Of a DNA stretch of 64,000 nucleotides, positions 49,937 to 59,235 are shown one piece after another. Source of the stretch: an uncultured Pseudomonadota bacterium (GTDB lineage: Bacteria > Pseudomonadota > Alphaproteobacteria > RF32 > CAG-239); the NCBI GenBank assembly GCA_949295085.1, contig CASFJS010000004.1, positions 13,372-77,371 of the forward strand, read 5' to 3'. The position numbers were made by a program, and so were the translations under genes. The notes beneath the pieces were generated by a model. It had not been told where the DNA came from, ran no database searches, and saw only the letters and a program-made list of their open reading frames with translations. Position 1 is the first letter of the stretch, and every line of letters starts with the position of its first letter.

Positions 49937-51879
49937 AGGCTTTCGGCGGATATCTGCGAGATAATTTTTGCAAAGATAAAACGCGGCTTATTTTATGGTA
50001 TCCGGTACTGTTGGCACTGGGCATCGGGTTTTATTTTACCCTGTCGCGTGAGCCGTCAAAATGGATCACTCTTGCCGTTATCGAGAGTCTGATTATCGTG
50101 GCGGTTATTTTTCGGCGTCGTCTTACGATATTAAAAATATTGGGCGCGCTGGCCCTGGTTGTTGCAGGCTTCACGTTAATTCAGGTTAAAAGTATTTATT
50201 TATATGCGCCGCCGCAAAATTTTCCCGACAAAACGTTTTATTTTAAAGGCGAGATTGCCGCCATTGACAGCAATTATCAGGGGCGGCGGCGCTTTACACT
50301 GCAAAATCTGGAGGATTTCGACGGCAATATTTATCCCGGCAAGTATCGTATTGTTCAACGCTCCAAAAAAGGCGAGGCCAAAGTCGGTGAATGTGTCGAG
50401 ATGGTTGGCAGGATAATGCCTCTGGCCAGGGCGGTGGTTCCCGGCGGATATCAGTTTGATCGTAAAAGCTATTTTACCGGTCTTAAAGGTTCAGGTTTTG
50501 CCGAAAGCCGTTGGTTCAGGATTGATTGTCCCGAGGGTGGTCGTCACAAGACTTTTGCAGCCTATATTGCCGATATCCGCCAAAAGATTGTCGGACGGAT
50601 AGCCGAGCTTCTGCCGCCGGATGAGGCCGCTGTTACCGCCGCGGTTATTGCCGGCGAACGCAGTTTGATCGGACAACGGTTAAATGAACAATATCGCGAT
50701 TCCGGTTTAGCGCATTTCTTGTCAATTTCCGGGCTGCACATGAGTATGCTGGCCGGTCTGATGTTTTTTCTGGTGCGTTTTGTTTTGGCTTTATTTCCGC
50801 CTTTGGCGTTGCGGCTTGATACCAAAAAGATTGCCGCCGTTTGGGCTTTGTTTATGAGCTTGGTCTATTTACTGATATCCGGCATGGAAATTCCGGCACA
50901 AAGAGCGTTTATCATGACAACCGTGGTACTTTTGGGCGTTTTAACCGATCGTCGAGCCATATCCCTGCAAACGATAGCTTTGGCAGCGTTTATAGTTTTG
51001 TTGTTCAATCCGGAAGTTTTAACCTCAGCCAGCTTTCAAATGTCGTTTGCTGCCGTTCTCGGTTTGATAGCATTTTATGAAAAAGTTGAGCACCGGGTGC
51101 GTCGGTTTTTGCATATCGACGGCATGAATAAATGGCTGCGAGGCATTGAACTTTATGTGATCGGCGTGGTGGTTTCGGACTTTATTGCCTCGCTGATGAC
51201 GTTGCCTTTTGCGGTTTACCATTTCAATATGGTGGCGCTTTATACCACTTTGGGCAATTTTCTGGCCGGGCCGATTATCGGCCTGATAATTATGCCGTTT
51301 GTGCTGGTGAGCTTGCTTTTAATTCCTTTCGGACTGGATGCGCCGTTTGTTAAAATTGTCGGTCTCGGCATCAAATGGGTCAACGACATAACGGCCTGGG
51401 TGGCATCTTTGCCCGGCGCCGGCTGTCAGGTTCCCTCAATGCCGTTTTGGGGACTGCTGCTGATTGTTATCGGCGGTTTATGGTTGATGCTGTGGCAGGC
51501 TCGGTGGCGTTTGTGGGGCTGGCTGGGAATAATGGTTGGTATTTTGAGCCTGCTGACGGTAAGAACACCGGACATTCTGGTAAGCGCCGACTTGAAAGCC
51601 GTTGCTTTCAAAAACGATGACGGCCGCTTGGAGTTGGTATCATCACGCGGCGCCCGCTTTGTCAAAAGTTTTTGGCAGGGCAAATATCCGTTTGCCGAAA
51701 CCAAAACCACATTGCAGGAACATCCGGAACTGGTTGTTGCGGAAAGCAAAGTGAGCCTCGCCGGAAAGACCTACGACCTCGGGCAGACACTAGGCATAAA
51801 TTTCTATAAAAATCCCGATGGCAGTTTTTCGGCCGAAACCGTCCGCGACGCAATCGGCGACAGATTATGGAACCAATAA
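49930..51879 (+). CDS. comEC: ComEC/Rec2 family DNA internalization channel protein
   Basis: DUF4131 N-terminal region and polytopic competence domain (LAHFLSISGLHMS). Confidence 0.7.
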   Translation: MLKAFGGYLRDNFCKDKTRLILWYPVLLALGIGFYFTLSREPSKWITLAVIESLIIVAVIFRRRLTILKILGALALVVAGFTLIQVKSIYLYAPPQNFPDKTFYFKGEIAAIDSNYQGRRRFTLQNLEDFDGNIYPGKYRIVQRSKKGEAKVGECVEMVGRIMPLARAVVPGGYQFDRKSYFTGLKGSGFAESRWFRIDCPEGGRHKTFAAYIADIRQKIVGRIAELLPPDEAAVTAAVIAGERSLIGQRLNEQYRDSGLAHFLSISGLHMSMLAGLMFFLVRFVLALFPPLALRLDTKKIAAVWALFMSLVYLLISGMEIPAQRAFIMTTVVLLGVLTDRRAISLQTIALAAFIVLLFNPEVLTSASFQMSFAAVLGLIAFYEKVEHRVRRFLHIDGMNKWLRGIELYVIGVVVSDFIASLMTLPFAVYHFNMVALYTTLGNFLAGPIIGLIIMPFVLVSLLLIPFGLDAPFVKIVGLGIKWVNDITAWVASLPGAGCQVPSMPFWGLLLIVIGGLWLMLWQARWRLWGWLGIMVGILSLLTVRTPDILVSADLKAVAFKNDDGRLELVSSRGARFVKSFWQGKYPFAETKTTLQEHPELVVAESKVSLAGKTYDLGQTLGINFYKNPDGSFSAETVRDAIGDRLWNQ

Positions 51880-51968
51880 GATCAGACACTTTTTTGTTTA
51901 CTTTTGTAACAAACCATGTATAAAATGATCCGAATTCATGCTTGATATATGTCGGAGACCTCTTTGAG

Positions 51969-53003
51969 ATGAACGGAAAAGCACCTTTGGTATCGGTTAT
52001 CATACCGGTTTACAACACGGCCAAATACTTGCCGCAATGTCTGGACAGTATTGTTAATCAGACACTCAGGGATATTGAAATTATCTGTGTTGATGACGGC
52101 TCGACCGACAATTCGCTTGAGATCTTGCAACAATATGCCGGACAAGACAAACGTTTTACGCTTTTGCAGCAGCCAAACCGGTTTGCCGGAGTGGCGCGTA
52201 ACGCCGGTATGGATATTGCCAGAGGCGCATATTTGTCATTTTTGGACAGTGATGATTTTTTTGCGCCGGATATGCTGGAAAAATTATATCATGCGGCCAA
52301 AGCCGAACAAGCCGATATGGTGGTATGTGACTTTAAGGAATATAAAGAAAGCCGCTGGCCTTTTTTGCCTCCGCGTGTCTGTGTTATGAACAGCTCTCAA
52401 TCTCAGACATATAATAATGAGGAGGGGCTCCTCCCCCCCCCCTACGAATTTCTTAATCCCTCTACCGAAAACAAACTGTTTGACCGCAACTTTATCGTAA
52501 AAAATCACATTCGCTTTCAAGACATTAAATCTTGCAACGATCTGGGGTTTACTTTCTGCGCGGCATCCGTCGCCGGCAAAATAGCCTTTGTTCGAGAGGC
52601 CCTGGTCAATTACCGGTGCAAACGCCCCGCAAACATCAGCCATAGCCGAGGGCGCAAAGATATTAACATTATCAAAGCCTATCTTTACGTGAAAGATTTT
52701 TTGTCCTGCAATCGTAAAGAAAACATGATTGGATATTTAAAAAACAAGCTATATGGCAACATTGCTTTGGAAATATCCAAATACGATGCTCCGGACAGAG
52801 ATACTTTGGCTAAAAAAGGCCGTGCCCTCTTGGGGGAAGATTATCCGTTTTTTGCCAAATGTTTTCATTATGACAAAAAAGATTATCGCTTTCTCGGTCT
52901 GCCGCTTTTTGAGCGTATCCAAACAGCATCCAAAACAACTTATGTGATTTTCGGTTGCCTTAAAATTAAACGAAAAATCAAAACAAAGGAAAAACAGTCA
53001 TGA
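51969..53003 (+). CDS. Family 2 glycosyltransferase (contains C10 tract)
   Basis: GT2 N-terminal domain VSVIIPVYNTAKYL...DIEIICVDDGSTD...DSDD. Paralog of 59876-60787. Confidence 0.75.
   Translation: MNGKAPLVSVIIPVYNTAKYLPQCLDSIVNQTLRDIEIICVDDGSTDNSLEILQQYAGQDKRFTLLQQPNRFAGVARNAGMDIARGAYLSFLDSDDFFAPDMLEKLYHAAKAEQADMVVCDFKEYKESRWPFLPPRVCVMNSSQSQTYNNEEGLLPPPYEFLNPSTENKLFDRNFIVKNHIRFQDIKSCNDLGFTFCAASVAGKIAFVREALVNYRCKRPANISHSRGRKDINIIKAYLYVKDFLSCNRKENMIGYLKNKLYGNIALEISKYDAPDRDTLAKKGRALLGEDYPFFAKCFHYDKKDYRFLGLPLFERIQTASKTTYVIFGCLKIKRKIKTKEKQS
52433..52442. repeat. Homopolymeric C10 tract within the GT2 coding sequence (currently in frame, encoding LLPPPY)
   Basis: ctcctccccccccccctac, counted directly. 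Confidence 0.9.
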
Positions 53004-53734
53004 TTTTTTCAAAGATAAAGAAAGAAAACAAACGAAGCATATATTTTTTGGGAATTAAACTTTTTTCGTATACAAAAAAGACAAATCAGACAATAAAAGA
53101 CGAGTTACGGTACTTTCGGGATTGGCAGACGGACTTTTATAAAGACAGACCCGAAAAATTTCCGGTTGTTTTAACGGAAGCCGAAAAAGAAACACTTATT
53201 CAATACCTGCGGCAGTCAAAAAACTATCTTGAATTTGGCGCCGGCGGGTCAAGTTTTTTGGCGCTGTTGAACTCTGATACGACCGTTTATTCCGTTGAGT
53301 CCGATAAAGATTGGGTCGACTACTTGCGCTCCTGGACTTTTATGCGTAACAAAGAAACCGAAGGAAAAATTAATTTTTTTGTCGCAGATATCGGCCAAAC
53401 AAAAGCATGGGGTTATCCGGCGGATGAAAGCCGAAAAAATTCATATCCGGACTATTCTTCAAACATATTCGCCCGGATAACCGATACGGATATTGACACG
53501 GTTTTTGTTGACGGTCGGTTTCGCGTTGCTTGTGTTGTGGCCTCGGCCATACATTACCCTGACGCCGTTATTTTGGTACATGATTACACAAAACGCCGGC
53601 ATTATCATATTGTTGAATCATTATTTGATGTGACGGATATAACGGATACCCTCGTCGCCCTGAAACTAAAAAAAGCACAGGAAACAAAAGCCCTGCAAAA
53701 TTTGTACGACGAATATAAATACAATCCAGACTGA
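53000..53734 (+). CDS. Hypothetical protein, possibly TylF-like class I SAM-dependent methyltransferase fold
   Basis: LEFGAGGSSF glycine-rich motif and DTVFVDGR. N-terminal shared motif SIYFLGIKLF. ATGA-coupled to the GT2 gene. Confidence 0.3.
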   Translation: MIFSKIKKENKRSIYFLGIKLFSYTKKTNQTIKDELRYFRDWQTDFYKDRPEKFPVVLTEAEKETLIQYLRQSKNYLEFGAGGSSFLALLNSDTTVYSVESDKDWVDYLRSWTFMRNKETEGKINFFVADIGQTKAWGYPADESRKNSYPDYSSNIFARITDTDIDTVFVDGRFRVACVVASAIHYPDAVILVHDYTKRRHYHIVESLFDVTDITDTLVALKLKKAQETKALQNLYDEYKYNPD

Positions 53735-54100
53735 TCAAAATTCCTCTTTAATACCGAGCATCATATTTTCACGGTATTCGGCACCCCAGGCCACCATCGA
53801 ATCAATTACCGGCTTAAGGGCATAACCGACCGATGTCAGCGTATATTCGACCCGCGGCGGGATTTGGGCATAAACCTTGCGGATAACCAAACCTTTTTCT
53901 TCCAGCATCCGCAGATTTGATGTCAAAACCTTTTGCGTAATGTCACCCAGCGATTTTTTGAGTTCGCCGAAACGCTTGGTTCCGTCCATCAGTGTTTGGA
54001 TAATTTGCATTTTCCAACGATCGCCGATTAGTTTAACCGTCATTTCCGCCAGGTATTTTTGCACATCGTCTATCATCAAAAAATCTCCCGCAAGCCGCAA
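53735..54100 (-). CDS. HxlR-family transcriptional regulator
   Basis: 121 aa. Winged helix with GELKKSLGDITQKVLTSNLRMLEEKGLV signature. Confidence 0.75.
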   Translation of the reverse strand: MRLAGDFLMIDDVQKYLAEMTVKLIGDRWKMQIIQTLMDGTKRFGELKKSLGDITQKVLTSNLRMLEEKGLVIRKVYAQIPPRVEYTLTSVGYALKPVIDSMVAWGAEYRENMMLGIKEEF

Positions 54101-54278
54101 ATTCCTTTGTTGGTACCCTCAGAGAAACTAGAGCACTTTCAAGTGCTTACTTTACTTTTATAACAGAAACGGTTTATAAAAATCAATATAAAAAGCAAAC
54201 TTAATGTATAAAATTTTAACACGGCTTTCTTATTATTATACACCACACAACACACACAAACCAAAAAACCGTCCGGGT

Positions 54279-54326
54279 TATTGAAAGCCTCCGGGCGGTT
54301 TTTTTAAGATTTCATTGCGCCGTCAA
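54279..54326. terminator. Orphan bidirectional Rho-independent terminator in a 350-bp intergenic region
   Basis: AAAAAACCGTCCGGG-loop-CCCGGGCGGTTTTTTT, a 10-bp stem with one G-U pair. Confidence 0.5.
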
Positions 54327-54450
54327 TCGTCAAAACATTGAAATTTATGTTGCCAAGGGCATGTTTTGGCATTAAACTCAAAAATTACTGGCTTTCGCCG
54401 ATTCTGGTTCGGAGGCAGCGGTAATTTGATTTTATATAACAGAGGAAAAC

Positions 54451-55608
54451 ATGCCCAAGAAAAAGCAAAATAGCAAAACGCCCGTTGTATTGCAGGTTTT
54501 GCCGGAGATGAATCACGGCGGCGTTGAGATGGGAACGGTCGAAATTGCTTCCGGTCTGCAGGCCGTCGGCATCAAAAATTTTGTCGCTTCCGCCGGCGGG
54601 CGTATGGTCTATGACCTCAAAAAACTTAAAGTAAAACATTTCGAATTGCCGCTAAAGACCAAAAATCCTTTCAAACTATGGTCTAATGCCAAAAAGCTCG
54701 CGCAGATTATCCGCGACAACGGTATCAACATTGTCCATGCCCGCTCGCGTGCACCGGCCTGGAGCGCCTATTGGGCGGCCAAACGCACCGGCGCCGTTTT
54801 CGTCACCACGTTTCACGGCACCTACGGCCTCGGTCCTTTCGGTATCAAAAAGCTCTACAACCGCGTTATGACCTACGGCAAGTTGGTGATTGCCATCTCA
54901 ACCCACATAAAAAATCACATGATGAAAGAATACAAAGTTCCGGCCGAAAAAATCCGCCTGATTCACCGCTGTGTGAATATCGACAACTTCAGCCCCGACA
55001 AGGTCACGCAGGAGCGTATCATCAAAGCTCTGCAGGATAATCACATCCCCGAAGACAAACCGATTATCTCGCTCATTGGCCGCGTTACCCGCTGGAAAGG
55101 CCAGCACTTGTTGATAGAGGCCTTGTCCAAGGTAAAGACCAAAGACTTTTATTGTCTGATTGTCGGCTCTGATCAGGGGCGGGTGCATTATACCAACGAG
55201 CTTAAGGCGCTGGCTGCCAAATACGGCCTGACGCCCAAAATCCAGTTTATTGATCACAGTTTTGATATTCCGGCATTGTTGATGTTGTCCGACGTCGTCT
55301 TGTCGACCGCCATCGAGCCGGAGGCCTTCGGCCGTGCCGCCATCGAGGGGCAGGCCATGGGCAAAATCGTTTTGGCCTCAAATATCGGAGGCTCGCTTGA
55401 TAACACGATTGACGGTGTCACCGGCAAACTGTTTGAGAGCAACAACGCGCAGGCTTTAGCTAAAGCTATCGACTGGGCGTTAAATCTGTCGCCGGCAGAA
55501 AAAGCCAAAATCTCTGCCGCGGCAATCAAAAATGTAAAAGATAATTTTACAAAACAAATCATGTGTGATAAAACAATAGCTGTTTATCACGAATTACTCA
55601 ACGAATAG
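54451..55608 (+). CDS. Family 4 (GT-B) glycosyltransferase
   Basis: GT4 signature EAFGRAAIEGQAMGKIVLASNIGG...DGVTG. 385 aa. Confidence 0.75.
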   Translation: MPKKKQNSKTPVVLQVLPEMNHGGVEMGTVEIASGLQAVGIKNFVASAGGRMVYDLKKLKVKHFELPLKTKNPFKLWSNAKKLAQIIRDNGINIVHARSRAPAWSAYWAAKRTGAVFVTTFHGTYGLGPFGIKKLYNRVMTYGKLVIAISTHIKNHMMKEYKVPAEKIRLIHRCVNIDNFSPDKVTQERIIKALQDNHIPEDKPIISLIGRVTRWKGQHLLIEALSKVKTKDFYCLIVGSDQGRVHYTNELKALAAKYGLTPKIQFIDHSFDIPALLMLSDVVLSTAIEPEAFGRAAIEGQAMGKIVLASNIGGSLDNTIDGVTGKLFESNNAQALAKAIDWALNLSPAEKAKISAAAIKNVKDNFTKQIMCDKTIAVYHELLNE

Positions 55609-55622
55609 AAAGGATATTTAAT

Positions 55623-57548
55623 ATGGTTGCGATTAAATTGCCTGATGGCAGTGTGATGGAAATGGCAAGCGGCGCCAGCGGACTGGACGTCGCCGAAAAA
55701 ATCAGCTCCGGCCTGGCCAAAGCGGCTTTGGCGGTAAAAGTAAACGGCAAACTGACTGATTTAAGCACTCCGATCACGACCGACGCAACCGTAACCATCA
55801 TTACCGGCCGCGACAAAGAGGGCTTAAACATTCTGCGCCACTCCTGCTCGCATATTATGGCCGAGGCTGTCAAAGAGTTGTGGCCCGATGTTCAGGTCAC
55901 CATCGGCCCGTCGATTGAGAACGGTTTTTACTATGACTTTGCCCGCAAAGAGCCGTTCACGACCGAAGATTTTGAGAAGATTGAAGCCCGTATGCACGAG
56001 ATTGTCAAACGCGACGAAAAGATTGAGCGCAAAGTTTTGCCGCGGGCTGAGGCCATCAAATTCTTTAAGGACATGGGCGAAAAATACAAAGCCGAGATTA
56101 TTGAAGACCTGCCGGAATCCGAAACCATTTCGCTCTATACGCAGGGCAATTTTACCGACCTGTGCCGCGGGCCGCACGTCCCCTCAACCGGCAAAGTCGG
56201 CGACGCCTTTAAGCTCATGAAAGTTGCCGGTGCCTACTGGCGCGGTGATTCAACCAAAGAAATGTTGCAGCGTATTTACGCCACCGCCTGGGCAGATAAA
56301 AAAGACCTCAAAGCCTATCTTGATATGCTGGAGGAAGCCGCCAAGCGCGACCACCGCAAGCTGGGCAAGGAAATGGATTTGTTCCATTTTGAGCCCGAAT
56401 ATGCCCCCGGCGCCGTTTTTTGGCATGACAAAGGTTATCGTATCTACCGCAAACTGATTGAGTATATGCGCAACCGTCAGGAGCACAACGGCTATATTGA
56501 AGTTTCGACCCCGCGGGTCATGGATCGCTGTCTGTGGGAGACCTCCGGCCACTGGGAAAAATACGGCGCCCACAACTATTCCGGCCAGACCGAGGACAAA
56601 AAATGGTTCTGCATCAAGCCGATGAACTGCCCCGGCGGCCTGTTGGTCTACAAACAGGGTATCAAGTCCTATCGCGACCTGCCGCTGCGCATGGCCGAGT
56701 TCGGCAAGGTTAACCGCTACGAGGCTTCCGGTTCTTTGATGGGGCTGATGCGCGTCCGTGAGTTTACGCAAGACGACGCCCATATTTTCTGCACGCCGGA
56801 GCAGATGGAAGAAGAATGCATCACCACCTTGAAGCTGATTTTGGATATTTATAAGGACTTTGGCTTTAACGAGGTTAAAATCTATCTGTCCACCCGTCCG
56901 GAAAAACGCATCGGTTCCGATGAAATCTGGGATTTGTGTGAAAAATCTTTAGCTAATGCTTTAACTTCGCACGGCTATGCTTATGAAATTAATGAGGGTG
57001 AGGGCGCTTTCTACGGCCCCAAGCTGGAGTTTATTTTGCGTGATGCCATCGGTCGCGAGTGGCAGTGCGGCACCATTCAGGTTGATATGAATCTGCCGCA
57101 GCGTTTTGACATCAGCTATATCGGCGAAGATGGCGAAAAACACCAGCCGGTTATGTTGCACCGCGCCTTGTTCGGTTCAATTGAGCGCTTTTTGGGCATC
57201 TTGATTGAAAACCATGCCGGACGCCTGCCGCTATGGCTGTCGCCGGAACAGGTCGTGGTTTGTCCGATTGTCAGCGAGTTTGACGACTATGCCGAAGAAG
57301 TTGCCTCTGCCATGAAAAAGGCAGGCTTGTTGGCCAAGACCGATTTGCGCAACGAGAAAATCAACTACAAGATTCGCGAACATTCGGTTGCCAAGATTCC
57401 GGTGATTGCGGTGGTCGGCGCCAAGGAAAAAGAAAACCGCACCGTCACGGTTCGCCGTATCGGCTCCGACAAGCAGGAAACTTTTGCTTTGGATGAGCTG
57501 ATTAAATCACTGGTTGACGAGGCCAAAATGCCGCACGCCGACGAATAG
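55623..57548 (+). CDS. thrS: Threonine--tRNA ligase
   Basis: TGS domain, editing domain, class II core (motifs 1-3) and anticodon-binding domain. 641 aa. Confidence 0.92.
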   Translation: MVAIKLPDGSVMEMASGASGLDVAEKISSGLAKAALAVKVNGKLTDLSTPITTDATVTIITGRDKEGLNILRHSCSHIMAEAVKELWPDVQVTIGPSIENGFYYDFARKEPFTTEDFEKIEARMHEIVKRDEKIERKVLPRAEAIKFFKDMGEKYKAEIIEDLPESETISLYTQGNFTDLCRGPHVPSTGKVGDAFKLMKVAGAYWRGDSTKEMLQRIYATAWADKKDLKAYLDMLEEAAKRDHRKLGKEMDLFHFEPEYAPGAVFWHDKGYRIYRKLIEYMRNRQEHNGYIEVSTPRVMDRCLWETSGHWEKYGAHNYSGQTEDKKWFCIKPMNCPGGLLVYKQGIKSYRDLPLRMAEFGKVNRYEASGSLMGLMRVREFTQDDAHIFCTPEQMEEECITTLKLILDIYKDFGFNEVKIYLSTRPEKRIGSDEIWDLCEKSLANALTSHGYAYEINEGEGAFYGPKLEFILRDAIGREWQCGTIQVDMNLPQRFDISYIGEDGEKHQPVMLHRALFGSIERFLGILIENHAGRLPLWLSPEQVVVCPIVSEFDDYAEEVASAMKKAGLLAKTDLRNEKINYKIREHSVAKIPVIAVVGAKEKENRTVTVRRIGSDKQETFALDELIKSLVDEAKMPHADE

Positions 57549-57565
57549 GCAAGGAAATAGAACAG

Positions 57566-57597
57566 GCGGCCGGTAAAAACATCGGCCGCTTTTTTGT
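57566..57597 (+). terminator. Rho-independent terminator after thrS
   Basis: GCGGCCG-GTAAAAACAT-CGGCCGC followed by TTTTTTG. Confidence 0.6.
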
Positions 57598-57610
57598 GAG
57601 GAGATAAAAG

Positions 57611-58093
57611 ATGAATTATAATGAAGCAGATATTGCCCGCCTGCGTGAGGCTGTTGAGATGTCGGCAATTTCCGGCAACAGCGCGCAGCCGCTCGGCGGA
57701 CCGTTCGGCGCGGTGATATACAAAGACGGCCGCTGTGTTGCCAAAGGCTTTAATCATGTTCTGGCCGAAAACGACCCCACTGCCCACGCCGAGGTCTGGA
57801 CGATTCGTCAGGCCTGTGCGGCACTGAACAGCTTTGACCTCTCGGGGTGCACGCTTTATAGCAGCTGCGAGCCCTGTCCGATGTGCCTGATGTCGGCCAA
57901 ATGGGCCAATATTGATAAAATCTTTTTTGCCGCCACCCGCAAAGACGCCGCCGATATAGGCTTTCGCGACGACGAGCTTTACGGCCTGCTCAAAAAAGGC
58001 GTTTATGCCTGCGCCGTTCCCGAATGCCGCGATGAGGCCGTCCGCGTCATGCAACATTGGCACCAAAAATTCGGCACCGATAAGGGGTATTAA
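57611..58093 (+). CDS. CDA-fold zinc deaminase (guanine deaminase / TadA-like)
   Basis: HAEVWTI...SCEPCPMC zinc-binding motifs. 160 aa. Confidence 0.7.
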   Translation: MNYNEADIARLREAVEMSAISGNSAQPLGGPFGAVIYKDGRCVAKGFNHVLAENDPTAHAEVWTIRQACAALNSFDLSGCTLYSSCEPCPMCLMSAKWANIDKIFFAATRKDAADIGFRDDELYGLLKKGVYACAVPECRDEAVRVMQHWHQKFGTDKGY

Positions 58094-58131
58094 AATCCTC
58101 GTGTCGGCGGTTCAATCCCGTCCCTGAGCAC
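58094..58131 (+). other. tRNA 3'-end-like fragment (T-arm + acceptor 3' strand + ACCA). Possible integration-site remnant
   Basis: GGCGG-TTCAATC-CCGTC-CCTGAGC-A-CCA fits T-stem, T-loop, T-stem, acceptor, discriminator and CCA. No matching 5' half upstream. Sits at the edge of the AT-rich glycan gene block. Confidence 0.3.
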
Positions 58132-58281
58132 CATTTAAATCAAGGCCTGGTGATTTTTTTCACCGAGGCTTTTGTTTTTATCCGGACACTCTATTCTTTG
58201 ATGCGACCGCCGCCGGTGTTCCAGGCACTTAAAAGGCCTGCCTCTATACCGGCGGCAAAAAGCTGGCGCGGATTGCGGGGA

Positions 58282-59226
58282 CTATTTTCCCTCAAAAATT
58301 TCATCAGTTGAAACACAGATACACTGCTTACCGGACAAACGGGCTATTTCTTGAGCCTGTAAAGGATCAGATTCAATAAAGCATACAGTATCTTTCATCT
58401 TTTTATAGATTGATGCCTTATAGGCAGCATGACATTGAAGGTGTCGTCGTTCTTCAGCCGAATTTACATTAAGCATAAACAAATTTTTGTATTTGACATT
58501 ATGCGCGGCCAGCCAATTTTCCGTTTGCGGGCGATATTTTTCCAAACGTGAAGTTACGATAGAATGAATTTCATACCGCGGAATAAATAAGGGTTTTGCC
58601 GAAGATAAAAATTTTAGATACTCAAAGCCGTCGTCATTTTGTTCTGCCATAGGATCAACACATAAAACACCATCAAAATCAAAACAGCATTTTGCTGCAA
58701 TAGCATGGTTCAGATAATTCCATTGAAACAAACGCGGATGTTCGACCGTTTCTAAAGCATAATCGACCAGCTTTGATGATTCATCGGTCGTATAAACGGC
58801 CGCAAACATAAACTCTTTTTCATTCGGAGAAAATTTGTTTGCCAGCATCTCCTTTGTTTTGTGCATTGCTTTTCCGGAGGCAACGGAATCATCAACGACT
58901 AAAATTTTTTTATATTTACCATCGGTGTCTAATACTCTTTGCCCGTTAGACGGTAAAATATCATTGAGCAGTTCCGGTAGCGAACAAACCGGCTTATTCA
59001 AAAACAAGCCGATTATATAGGCAGGGATCATACCTGAACGAGGCACGCCGACAATCAAATCAATATTTGCCGGAAGTTTGTATATGTTTTGTCTTATGGT
59101 TGAAGCCAGAGATTGAAAGGTTTTAAAATGTATTTTGGCTTTTCCTCTTGATTTCAGGGAAATTTTAATCCCCAAAAAATATAAGATCTTTTTGCCGTTA
59201 TGCTTTTTAATACCGAAAAGTTTCAT
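58282..59226 (-). CDS. Phosphoribosyltransferase-domain / HAD-like hydrolase fusion protein
   Basis: PRTase motif ILVVDDSVASGKAM. HAD motif I FDFDGVL in the C-terminal half. N-terminal shared motif KILYFLGIKISLK. Confidence 0.45.
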   Translation of the reverse strand: MKLFGIKKHNGKKILYFLGIKISLKSRGKAKIHFKTFQSLASTIRQNIYKLPANIDLIVGVPRSGMIPAYIIGLFLNKPVCSLPELLNDILPSNGQRVLDTDGKYKKILVVDDSVASGKAMHKTKEMLANKFSPNEKEFMFAAVYTTDESSKLVDYALETVEHPRLFQWNYLNHAIAAKCCFDFDGVLCVDPMAEQNDDGFEYLKFLSSAKPLFIPRYEIHSIVTSRLEKYRPQTENWLAAHNVKYKNLFMLNVNSAEERRHLQCHAAYKASIYKKMKDTVCFIESDPLQAQEIARLSGKQCICVSTDEIFEGK

Positions 59227-59235
59227 TTTTTTTCC

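Noticed and set aside
58020-58131. Full-length tRNA gene ending at the ACCA at 58131.
   Set aside because: Only the 3' third (T-arm and acceptor 3' strand) can be folded. The would-be 5' part overlaps the deaminase coding sequence and shows no acceptor-stem complement (GCTCAGG absent). Kept only as a fragment.
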